Shown here piece after piece: positions 30,252 through 39,103 of a stretch of DNA of 64,000 nucleotides. The notes beneath the pieces are model-generated. The model ran no database searches, was not told the DNA's origin, and saw only the letters and a list, made by a program, of their open reading frames with translations. The stretch lies in assembly GCA_039815185.1 (NCBI GenBank), contig JBCBZT010000007.1, positions 32,001 to 96,000 on the forward strand, written 5' to 3'. The stretch is from Cyanobacteria bacterium P01_A01_bin.123. Lineage in GTDB: Bacteria > Cyanobacteriota > Cyanobacteriia > Phormidesmidales > Phormidesmidaceae. The position numbers and the translations under genes were made by a program. Position 1 is the first letter of the stretch; each line of letters starts with the position of its first letter.

Positions 30252-33200
30252 ATGGATAAGCGGCAGCGATGGCTAGGGCTAATGCCATTGGCTCTCTTGG
30301 TATGGGGTGCTGCTGCGGAAGCAGAGGCGTCTTTGAGGCTTGAAGGGCTGCTGCACCCACACACTAGGGCAAAGGCTACTCCGCTGACAAAGGAGATGCC
30401 TAAAGATTGGCCTGAAGCTGTTATCTCTGATTCGTTGAAGCAATCTGGGGCACCGTCAGGAAATTTGCTGCAAGTTGAAGGCAGCTTATCCGATGGCGAT
30501 GACAGGCTGCCTGACCTGAGTCTCTACGATGTGCATTCCTTTCAGGGACAGGCAGGCCAAAGCGTCAGAATTAGCCTGGAAAGCCAGGACTTTGACACCT
30601 ATTTACTGCTGTACGCACCGTCAAACGAGTTAATTGCACAGAATGACGATGACGGCGAGGGCACCAACTCAGAGATCGTTTTGCAGCTTCCAGAAGACGG
30701 CGTATACCAGATTGTCGCCAATGCCTATGACCGCACGGAACGGGGCACTTATCAATTAACAGTGGAGAGCCTCAGTGCCTCACAGATTGAGCAGGCCGAT
30801 CAACAAGCTGAAGCCGATCGTTCACTTGAACAAGGCATTGACCAATATCGCGATCGCCAATACGAACAAGCTTTGGCCTCTTGGCAAGCCGCATTATCGC
30901 TCTATCGTCAGCTCAGCGATCGCGAGGGTGAGGCGGCCTCCCTCGGCAATTTGGGGCTTGTATACGAGCGGTTAGGGAATGAACGCAGCGCTATTGACTC
31001 TTATGAGCAGGCTTTAGTCATTGCTCGCGAAACGGGATACCGTCAGAGCGAAGCCAACACCCTCGGGAATCTAAGCAGGATTTACAATCTCCTGGGTAAC
31101 TATCGCCAAGGCATTGATTATCATCAGCAATTCTTGACCATTGCCAGAGAAATGGGCGATCGCCAAAGTGAAGCTGACGCGCTCAATAACTTAGGACTTG
31201 CCTACTATAACCTTGGCGACTATGGTCGGGCGATCGGGCTATATGAGCAATCGTTGGCGATTGGCCGCGAACTCCGCGATCGCCCCTTAGATACACTTGC
31301 CCCTGGCAGTTTTGTGTCCCGCAGGTCTGACAACAGCGTTGAAGAAGCGCGTGCACTCGGGAATTTAGGTCTTGTTTATCAACGCTTAGGGAACTATCGC
31401 CGCGCCATTGATTATTTTGAACAATCCCTGGCGATTTTCCCTAACCTTGGCGATCGCCAGAGTGAAGTTCTCGCGCTCAATAACTTGGGTAGTGCTCACC
31501 GTTTTCTGGATGAGTACGAGCGCGCCATTGACTATTACAGCCAAGCCCTAACCCTTGCCCGTGAAATTGGAGATCGTCGCAGTGAAGCACTCCCCTTGAG
31601 CAATCTCGGTGATGTATATGCCAGTTTCGGCGATTATGATCGCGCCATCGAGTCTTACGAACAGGCTTTAAGCATCTACCGTGAAGTCGGCAATCGCTTG
31701 GGTGAAGCGAACACTCTGGGTAACATCGGTACTATCTACGACGGTTTGGGTGACTTTCGCCAAGGCATTGAGCTGCATCAGCAAGCGCTAGGAATGATTC
31801 GAGAAATCGGCGATCGCCCCGGCGAAGCAGTCTTTCTGGCTAACTTGGGATCTTCCTACTTGGCCTTAAATCGTCTCAATGAGGCTGAGAGTAGCTTTTA
31901 TACTGCGATCGAAATTTTAGAGACCTTGCGGGCAAGCGACTTGAGCGACACCGATCGGGTGAGCCTCTTCGATACCCAAGCCAGGGCTTACAAAGCTTTG
32001 GAACAAACGCTGATTCTGCAAAATGAGCCTAATGAGGCTTTAGAGATTGCCGAACGGGGTCGCGCCCGCATCTTTGTGGAACTGCTGAGCGATCGCCTCT
32101 CGTCACAACAAGCTCAACCCATCTCTTCAGCGCCGCCCGACTTTGCCACCATTCAGCAAATCGCCGCTGCCCAGCAAAGTGTCCTGGTGGAATATTCCAT
32201 CCACGATTCTGCGCCTGATGGCCCTGCTCTCTACATTTGGGTGGTGCAACCCACAGGAGAACTACATTTCAGAAAGGTCTCTTTGGCAGATCAATCTCTG
32301 GATCTATCCTCACTGGTGCGCCAAAGCCGAGACGCCATGGGCATTCGGGGCAGAGGTGGTTTTGAGCTGGTGGAAGGTGCTTCCGCGAACGAGCAACTGC
32401 GCGAACTGCACCAGCTTTTGATTGACCCCATTGCCGATTTGCTGCCCACCGATCCAACGCAGCGCGTTGTCTTTATTCCCCAGGGGGAGCTGTTTTTGGT
32501 GCCGTTCCCGGCATTAATCGATGCAGACGGCAACTATTTGATTGAGAATCACACAGTGCTGACTGCCCCTTCGATTCAAACCCTGGACTTAACCCGGCAA
32601 CAGCGCATGACTCTTGGCAACTCTGCCAATCCTTCAGTGTTGGCAATTGGCAATCCCACCATGCCCGAAGTATGGAACCCTGAAGCGTCGGATTATCAGC
32701 AGCTTTCAGATTTGCCTGGGGCCGAATTTGAGGCGAGAGAAATTGCTGAGTTCTTCAATGTTCAGCCGCTGATTAACGCTGCGGCAACGGAGCAAGCGGT
32801 TAAACAGCAAATTGAATCAGCCCAGATTTTGCACTTTGCCACCCATGGTCTGTTGGAATACGGCAGTCCTCAAGACTCCGGGGTGCAAGATGTTCCGGGG
32901 GCCATTGCGTTAGCCCCCAGCACTACGGAAGATGGCTTACTCACTGCCGCTGAAATTAGAACCTTTAACTTGCAAGCAGAGTTGGTGGTGCTTAGCGCCT
33001 GCGATACTGGACGGGGCCGCATCACTGGGGATGGGGTGATTGGGCTGTCTCGATCTTTTATCGAAGCCGGGACGCCCAGTGTGATTGTGTCTCTGTGGTC
33101 GGTACCAGATGCGCCGACGGCGGCGTTGATGACGGAATTTTATCGACAGTTGCAGCAGGGGCAGGATAAGGCTCAGGCGTTGCGACAGGCAATGTTGACA

Positions 33201-33266
33201 ACGTTAGAGAATCATCCTGAACCAAAGAACTGGGCGGCGTTTACGTTGATTGGGGAAGCAAATTGA
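30252..33266 (+). CDS. Signal peptide-PPC-TPR-CHAT protease 3 (paralog of gene 1)
   Basis: MDKRQRWLGLMPLALLV start, like gene 1; PPC domain; TPRs; HFATHG / LSACDTG. Confidence 0.93.
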   Translation: MDKRQRWLGLMPLALLVWGAAAEAEASLRLEGLLHPHTRAKATPLTKEMPKDWPEAVISDSLKQSGAPSGNLLQVEGSLSDGDDRLPDLSLYDVHSFQGQAGQSVRISLESQDFDTYLLLYAPSNELIAQNDDDGEGTNSEIVLQLPEDGVYQIVANAYDRTERGTYQLTVESLSASQIEQADQQAEADRSLEQGIDQYRDRQYEQALASWQAALSLYRQLSDREGEAASLGNLGLVYERLGNERSAIDSYEQALVIARETGYRQSEANTLGNLSRIYNLLGNYRQGIDYHQQFLTIAREMGDRQSEADALNNLGLAYYNLGDYGRAIGLYEQSLAIGRELRDRPLDTLAPGSFVSRRSDNSVEEARALGNLGLVYQRLGNYRRAIDYFEQSLAIFPNLGDRQSEVLALNNLGSAHRFLDEYERAIDYYSQALTLAREIGDRRSEALPLSNLGDVYASFGDYDRAIESYEQALSIYREVGNRLGEANTLGNIGTIYDGLGDFRQGIELHQQALGMIREIGDRPGEAVFLANLGSSYLALNRLNEAESSFYTAIEILETLRASDLSDTDRVSLFDTQARAYKALEQTLILQNEPNEALEIAERGRARIFVELLSDRLSSQQAQPISSAPPDFATIQQIAAAQQSVLVEYSIHDSAPDGPALYIWVVQPTGELHFRKVSLADQSLDLSSLVRQSRDAMGIRGRGGFELVEGASANEQLRELHQLLIDPIADLLPTDPTQRVVFIPQGELFLVPFPALIDADGNYLIENHTVLTAPSIQTLDLTRQQRMTLGNSANPSVLAIGNPTMPEVWNPEASDYQQLSDLPGAEFEAREIAEFFNVQPLINAAATEQAVKQQIESAQILHFATHGLLEYGSPQDSGVQDVPGAIALAPSTTEDGLLTAAEIRTFNLQAELVVLSACDTGRGRITGDGVIGLSRSFIEAGTPSVIVSLWSVPDAPTAALMTEFYRQLQQGQDKAQALRQAMLTTLENHPEPKNWAAFTLIGEAN

Positions 33267-33280
33267 GGGCAAAGAAAAGA

Positions 33281-33303
33281 GTACCCGCATGGAGCATATC
33301 CAA
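33281..33303 (+). promoter_or_regulatory. 23-bp motif, copy 4
   Basis: GTACCCGCATGGAGCATATCCAA. Confidence 0.6.
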
Positions 33304-33430
33304 AAGCTGCATTAGATCTGATAATTAGTAGAGCTTTGGCTTGGAAGGCCAGGCTATGTGTCAAATAGTGGCTTTAGGGTTCGGGATTGCCTTAGGCAAC
33401 TCTGAGCGTTTGCGTAGTGGCGTTTTGTTG

Positions 33431-36400
33431 ATGGAATGGTGGGCAGTGTGTATACGGCGGCGGCTCGGTTGTATTCCTCTAGTACTTTTGGCATTTGGGA
33501 TACCTGGGGAAGCTCAAATTCCTATTGCTTCAGCATTAGAGCGGTATGAACACTCAAAGAGAGAAGCTCTCCATGACTACACAATAGTTATGATATTGAA
33601 GCAAGCCATACTTTCAGACAGTCAACCTAGTAAACGGGAGCAAGCAGACCAACTAATCCAGCAAGGCTATAGACACTATCGTGATAACCAATACCGAGAA
33701 GCAATTACCGTTTGGGAGCGCTCATTAGCACTCTATCAAGAGCTTAACGATCAACATGGGCAAGGCAATGCACTGGGCAGTTTGGGACTTGCCCATAACA
33801 GGCTTGGACAGTATCAGCAGGCCATTAACTTACATGAACGAGCCTTAGTTATTTCTCGCTGCCTTGGCAATCGAGGTGGGGAAGGCGATACCCTGGGCAA
33901 CCTAGGCCTCGTATATCGCGATCTTGGTCAATACCAGCGAGCCATTGAATTTCATGAACAATCTTTAGTCATTGCGCGAGAGTTGGGCAATCGTGGTGGT
34001 GAAGGTCGCGCTCTAGGTAATTTGGGCCTTAACTATCAAGATCTTGGTCAATACCAGCGGGCTATTGACTTGCATGAACAACACTTAGCCATTGCCCGAG
34101 AGCTTCGTGAGCGTGATATTGAGGGCCGTATTCTAAGCGAATTGGGCAGTGCTCATGCACATCTTGGTCAATACCAGCAAGCTATTGACTTACATGAACA
34201 ACACTTAGCCATTGCTCGGGAATTCAATGATTTTTCTGGTCAAGTTGTTGCCCTTGTCAAGTTAGGCAATTCCCACTTTAATCTTGGTCAATACCAGCGA
34301 GCCATTGATTTCTACGAGCAACAGTTAGCTTTAGCCCAGGAACTCCATAACCGGGGCATACAAGGCACTGCTCTTATCAATTTGGGTGGTGCTTACTTAA
34401 GGCTGGAGCAGTATCCGCAAGCGATTGAATCATCTGCAAAAGCTCTGGAGATTTTCCGGGAGATTAATAACCGCAGTAGAGAGGGGCAGGCTTTAGAGAA
34501 TTTGGGTAATGCCTACTTAGGGCTCGATCAATATCAACAGGCGATTGAGTTTCATCAACAGGCATTGATAATTGCTCGACAACTCAGCGATCGTAATAGC
34601 GAAGGCCGTGCTTTGGCTAATCTGGGTGGAGCCTACGCCAGCCTTGGCCAATATCAGCAGGCGATCGTATCGGCTGAACAAGCCTTGGCAATTTTCCAAG
34701 AGCTTGGGGATTGTAGTGGAGAAGGCAATGTCTTGAATAATTTGGGTGTTGCCTATGAGAGGCTAGGCCAATACCAGCAGGCTATTGAATTCTATGAGCG
34801 CGGTCTAGTGCTTGCCCAAGAACTCACCGATCGCAATGGGGAAGGTTTTGTGCTAGGTAACCTGGGCACCATCTATGAGAGGCTTGGTCGGTATCAGCAG
34901 GCTATTGAATTCCACGATCAGAGCTTAGCCATTGCCCGAGAACTGAGTGATCGTAGTAGGGAAGGTGTTGCCTTGGGTGGTTTAGGTGTTGTGTACGGAA
35001 GTCTTGGCCAACACCGACAAGCCATTGAATTTCACGAGCAAAACTTAGCAATCACCCGAGAGATCGGCAATCTTAGTGGGGAAGGCGGTGCCCTAGCCAG
35101 CTTGGGCAATGCCTACTCCCGTCTAGGTCAATTCCAACAAGCCATTGAATTCCACGAACAAGCTTTAGCTGTTGTCCGGCAACTTGGTGACAAGGGCGGG
35201 GAAAGTAGTGTTCTAAACAATTTGAGCAATGCATATGAAAGCTTAGGTGAATATCAACAGGCCCTTGAATTATCTGAACAAGCCTTAGCGATTTACCAAG
35301 AACTCGGCGATCTGAGTGGGGAAGGTATTGCCCTAGCTAATTTGGGCAATACCTATTTGATTCTTGGTCAATACCAGCAGGCTGTGGAACTGTATGAACG
35401 GGCCTTAGCGATTTCCCAAGAACTTGGCGATTCCAGCCTTGAAGGCATTTCGCTAAACAACCTAGGATTTGCGTTGAATGAAGCTAATCAATTTGCTGAA
35501 GCTGAAGCTGTACTCGTGCAGTCCATCGAAACCTTTGAATTTTTACGGGCTGATCTATCAGATGCACAACGCATCGCTATAGCTGACACTCAAGCTCAAG
35601 CTTACGCCAATTTAGAAAAAGCTTTGATTGAGCAAAGCAAAGTCACAGAAGCATTGGTGATTGCTGAACGCAGTCGTGCTCAAGCCTTTGCGTTGCAGCT
35701 TGCTATGCGCTCAGGTAACACCTCAGATACTGCTACTACCTTTCCCACCATTGAGAAGATTCAGCGCATCGCTCAACAACAAAACAGCACACTTGTCGAA
35801 TACTCCCTTTCCAGGAATCGACAAACGCTCTACATCTGGGTGGTGCAGCCGACAGGAACGGTTAACTTCCAACAGGTAACCCTATCAGATCAGCCCGTTG
35901 ACCTAGTCAACGTCATCAACGACTTCCGAGCTACCCTCGGTGCGGCTGACAGAGGCGGCGGCTTTGAACTGGTCGAGCAAGCTACCCAAGACGAACAACT
36001 ACGCCAACTCCATCAACTGCTGATTGACCCCATCGCCCAGTGGCTCCCCACCGACCCCGACCAGCAAGTCGTCATCATTCCCCAAGGCAACCTGTTCCTG
36101 GTTCCCTTTGCGGCCCTACAAAATGCCAATGGCGACTATTTAATTGAAAACCACACCCTCACCACCGCCCCCTCCATTCAAGTCCTCGATCTCGCCACCA
36201 ACCTCGCCGCCCAAAACACCCAGCCAATCTTCAACGATGCTCTGGTCGTTGGCAATCCCACCATGCCAGACATTCCTGATATCCCCTTGGCCTCCCTTCC
36301 TGGCGCAGAATTTGAAGCTATGGAGATTGGCGAGTTAGTGGGCACCACAGCTCTGATTGGCAACCAAGCCACTGAAGCCCGCATTAAGCAAACTCTACCC

Positions 36401-36838
36401 ACCGCCCAACTGATCCATCTTGCCACCCATGGCTTACTCAGCTACGGCGGCTCTCCCTTTACCATCCCCGGTGCAGTCGCCCTTACCCCTGGAAACGGCG
36501 AAGATGGTCTACTCACTGCCGATGAGATTTTGGATATGGAGTTGCAAGCCCAGCTTGCCATCCTTAGCGCTTGCGATACCGGACAAGGGGAGATTACAGG
36601 GGATGGTGTGGTGGGCTTATCTCGTTCTCTGATTACCGCTGGTGTGCCCAGTGTAGTGGTATCCCTCTGGTCAGTGCCCGATGCACCGACAGCTAGCTTG
36701 ATGACCGAGTTTTACCGCCAGCTTACCCAGGGACAGACCAAAGCCCAAGCCTTGCGACAAGCCATGTTAATGACCCTGGAAAATCATCCCAATCCCATCG
36801 ACTGGGCCGCATTCACCCTAATTGGAGAAGCCGAATAA
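33431..36838 (+). CDS. Signal peptide-long TPR array-CHAT protease 4, no PPC domain (start 33431 or 33446)
   Basis: IRRRLGCIPLVLLAFGIPGEA signal-like sequence; about 16 TPRs; HLATHG / LSACDTG. Confidence 0.92.
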   Translation: MEWWAVCIRRRLGCIPLVLLAFGIPGEAQIPIASALERYEHSKREALHDYTIVMILKQAILSDSQPSKREQADQLIQQGYRHYRDNQYREAITVWERSLALYQELNDQHGQGNALGSLGLAHNRLGQYQQAINLHERALVISRCLGNRGGEGDTLGNLGLVYRDLGQYQRAIEFHEQSLVIARELGNRGGEGRALGNLGLNYQDLGQYQRAIDLHEQHLAIARELRERDIEGRILSELGSAHAHLGQYQQAIDLHEQHLAIAREFNDFSGQVVALVKLGNSHFNLGQYQRAIDFYEQQLALAQELHNRGIQGTALINLGGAYLRLEQYPQAIESSAKALEIFREINNRSREGQALENLGNAYLGLDQYQQAIEFHQQALIIARQLSDRNSEGRALANLGGAYASLGQYQQAIVSAEQALAIFQELGDCSGEGNVLNNLGVAYERLGQYQQAIEFYERGLVLAQELTDRNGEGFVLGNLGTIYERLGRYQQAIEFHDQSLAIARELSDRSREGVALGGLGVVYGSLGQHRQAIEFHEQNLAITREIGNLSGEGGALASLGNAYSRLGQFQQAIEFHEQALAVVRQLGDKGGESSVLNNLSNAYESLGEYQQALELSEQALAIYQELGDLSGEGIALANLGNTYLILGQYQQAVELYERALAISQELGDSSLEGISLNNLGFALNEANQFAEAEAVLVQSIETFEFLRADLSDAQRIAIADTQAQAYANLEKALIEQSKVTEALVIAERSRAQAFALQLAMRSGNTSDTATTFPTIEKIQRIAQQQNSTLVEYSLSRNRQTLYIWVVQPTGTVNFQQVTLSDQPVDLVNVINDFRATLGAADRGGGFELVEQATQDEQLRQLHQLLIDPIAQWLPTDPDQQVVIIPQGNLFLVPFAALQNANGDYLIENHTLTTAPSIQVLDLATNLAAQNTQPIFNDALVVGNPTMPDIPDIPLASLPGAEFEAMEIGELVGTTALIGNQATEARIKQTLPTAQLIHLATHGLLSYGGSPFTIPGAVALTPGNGEDGLLTADEILDMELQAQLAILSACDTGQGEITGDGVVGLSRSLITAGVPSVVVSLWSVPDAPTASLMTEFYRQLTQGQTKAQALRQAMLMTLENHPNPIDWAAFTLIGEAE

Positions 36839-36841
36839 CTC

Positions 36842-39079
36842 ATGAAACGTCGCCAGCTCCTCCAAGGCTCAGCCGCCGCCCTAGCCGCCATTGGCCTCAA
36901 CCAAATTGGCCTAGAGCGCCGCGCCACTCGCTACGGCAAAGCCCTAGCCCAAAGCACCCCTCGCAAACTGGCCCTGCTCGTGGGCATTAACGACTATCCC
37001 CAACCCCAACTGCTCCAAAGCTTTAGCGCGGAAACCCTTTACGGCGCAGTCAACGACGTTGAACTGCAACGGCAACTGCTGATCCACCGCTTTGGCTTCC
37101 ATCCCAACGATATCCAGACCCTGACCAACGATCAGGCCACTCGCGAAAATATTCTGACCCTGTACGACGAGCACCTGATTAAACAGGCCGGAGACGGCGA
37201 CGTGGTGGTTTTTCACTTCTCTGGCCACGGCGGACGGGTCGAAGAACTCGATGTGTGCGATACAGATGCCTGCCAAAACAGTACCCTGGTGCCCTACGAC
37301 TACGCCGCAGAAACCGAGGGCGAAACCGTGCAAGACATCATGGGCCACACCCGATTCCTAATGGATTCGGCGTTTCAAACTGAGAACGTCACCATCGTCC
37401 TCGACTGCTGCTATTCTGGCGGCGGTAAGCGTGGAAACGTGGTGATGCGATCGCGCTTCAGCGATCAAGATCTGCGCGGTGGGCCCACCACCATCTCCCC
37501 CACAGAACTGGACTATCAGCAAGCTTGGTTGAGTCGTTTGGGCTGGAGCGAAGATGAGTTTATTGATAAGCGTCGAGCGGGGGTTGCCAAAGGGGCCGTG
37601 ATCACCTCTTCTAAAGCCAACCAGCGATCGGCAGATTACCAGTTTGAAGGGTTTGCTGCAGGGGCATTTACCTATCTGCTCACCAAGTATTTATGGCAGC
37701 AGACGGGTACCCAGGCCGTCGAGCAAACGATTAAATATGTCACTCGCAGCACCACTCGCCTCTCAGACCATTCCCAAAATCCAGAATACGAGCCAGCATC
37801 AGGGCCAATCGTCCAAACTCAACCCCTTTACCAATCCGCTCACAACTCGCCGCCCGGAGAAGCCGTCGTGACAGAAGTGGTCTCCGATACCCGGATCCGG
37901 CTATGGCTGGGCGGATTAGATGCCCAAAGCCTAGCGGCATTTGATCAGGGCAGTACCTTTACCCTGCTGAATCGAAACGGACAAGTTAAGGGAACGATCA
38001 CCCAAGATTCCCCGCGCGATGGACTTGTGGCCCAGGGGCAAGTTACCGAAGGTAGGGCTGAAGTTGGCGACTTGCTGCAAGAGCGAGTCCGCACCATTCC
38101 CGCATCCGTGTCCTTAGCGGTTGGACTCGATGATTCTCTGAATGCTGATTGGCAAACGATTGCTACTCAGCTCAGCAATCGTCTGGCCTTTTTGACCAGC
38201 AATAGGGTGCCGACCCAGCAAGCTGTGCAAGTCATTTTTGGACGCTTCACTGAAGAGAACCGTCAGACACTAATGGCACAAAGGGTTGAAGACTTGCCGC
38301 CTGTCGGCAGTGTAGGGCTGTTTAATCCGCTGCTGGAACCCTTACCCGCTGCCTTTGACCAGCCCAATGAGTCCATTGAGGACGCGATCGCCCGCTTACA
38401 ACCGCGCTTCAAAAGCTTATACATCACCCGCATTCTGCACCTCTTGCTGAATGCAGAAACCTCCCGGCTCAATATCTCTGTCTCTGTTAAGCAATCACGC
38501 GGACGGGGTGTGCCCATCCTGGCCACTACCCCCCGTAGTCGGGGAGAAACACTACAACCCACTCTGCTGACTGAAGCGATCGAAGAAATTCCGGTAGAGA
38601 CCCAAATTGAACTGGTGTTGAAAAACGGTGAAGCCCAGGATCTCTACATGAGTCTCTTGGTCCTTGATGCCCATGGGGAAGTGACCGTTCTGTTTCCCTA
38701 CGACTGGGATGCTCCAGAGGATCAGGCTTTGGTGCGGGCAGGGGAGGAAGTGTCGTTCCCTACCATTCGCGCCATTCCCCCAGAGGGCATTACCGAGCTA
38801 TTAGTCATTGCCAGCAACAACCAGTTGCGCCAGGCCCTAAAAACCATGCAGCGTTTAGCCCCAGCCAGCCACCGGGGGGCGATACCTTTGACGGAACCGG
38901 GCGAAGTGATGGCGGCCCTGTTAGATGATTTATCGACTCAAAGGGGAGAGCCTAGCGCGGAAAATCAGCAGCGACAAATGGATACGGGGCAGGTTGCGGC
39001 TGTCTCTCTGCTGTATCGCGTCGTTGCCAAAACCTGCGATCGCGGGGAAAATGAACCGCCTTGCTCGGCGCCAGCTTAA
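36842..39079 (+). CDS. Orthocaspase (peptidase C14) with a twin-arginine signal and a DUF4384-like C-terminal domain
   Basis: MKRRQLL; KLALLVGINDY, GAVNDV, FHFSGHG (His) and LDCCYSG (Cys); C-terminal N.EAQDLYMSLLVLDAHGEVTVLFP. Confidence 0.9.
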   Translation: MKRRQLLQGSAAALAAIGLNQIGLERRATRYGKALAQSTPRKLALLVGINDYPQPQLLQSFSAETLYGAVNDVELQRQLLIHRFGFHPNDIQTLTNDQATRENILTLYDEHLIKQAGDGDVVVFHFSGHGGRVEELDVCDTDACQNSTLVPYDYAAETEGETVQDIMGHTRFLMDSAFQTENVTIVLDCCYSGGGKRGNVVMRSRFSDQDLRGGPTTISPTELDYQQAWLSRLGWSEDEFIDKRRAGVAKGAVITSSKANQRSADYQFEGFAAGAFTYLLTKYLWQQTGTQAVEQTIKYVTRSTTRLSDHSQNPEYEPASGPIVQTQPLYQSAHNSPPGEAVVTEVVSDTRIRLWLGGLDAQSLAAFDQGSTFTLLNRNGQVKGTITQDSPRDGLVAQGQVTEGRAEVGDLLQERVRTIPASVSLAVGLDDSLNADWQTIATQLSNRLAFLTSNRVPTQQAVQVIFGRFTEENRQTLMAQRVEDLPPVGSVGLFNPLLEPLPAAFDQPNESIEDAIARLQPRFKSLYITRILHLLLNAETSRLNISVSVKQSRGRGVPILATTPRSRGETLQPTLLTEAIEEIPVETQIELVLKNGEAQDLYMSLLVLDAHGEVTVLFPYDWDAPEDQALVRAGEEVSFPTIRAIPPEGITELLVIASNNQLRQALKTMQRLAPASHRGAIPLTEPGEVMAALLDDLSTQRGEPSAENQQRQMDTGQVAAVSLLYRVVAKTCDRGENEPPCSAPA

Positions 39080-39103
39080 GACTATCAAGGGTTTTATGCA
39101 TCA

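Noticed and set aside
22557..33303. Repeated 23-bp motif or 120-bp repeats as a CRISPR array
   Set aside because: The motif copies are kilobases apart, the 120-bp repeats are in-frame TPR codons, and no cas genes are present. A Craspase-type (type III-E) link is unsupported here.
25516..33303. Diversity-generating retroelement TR/VR pair
   Set aside because: No reverse transcriptase, both copies are coding, and the differences are not confined to adenines.
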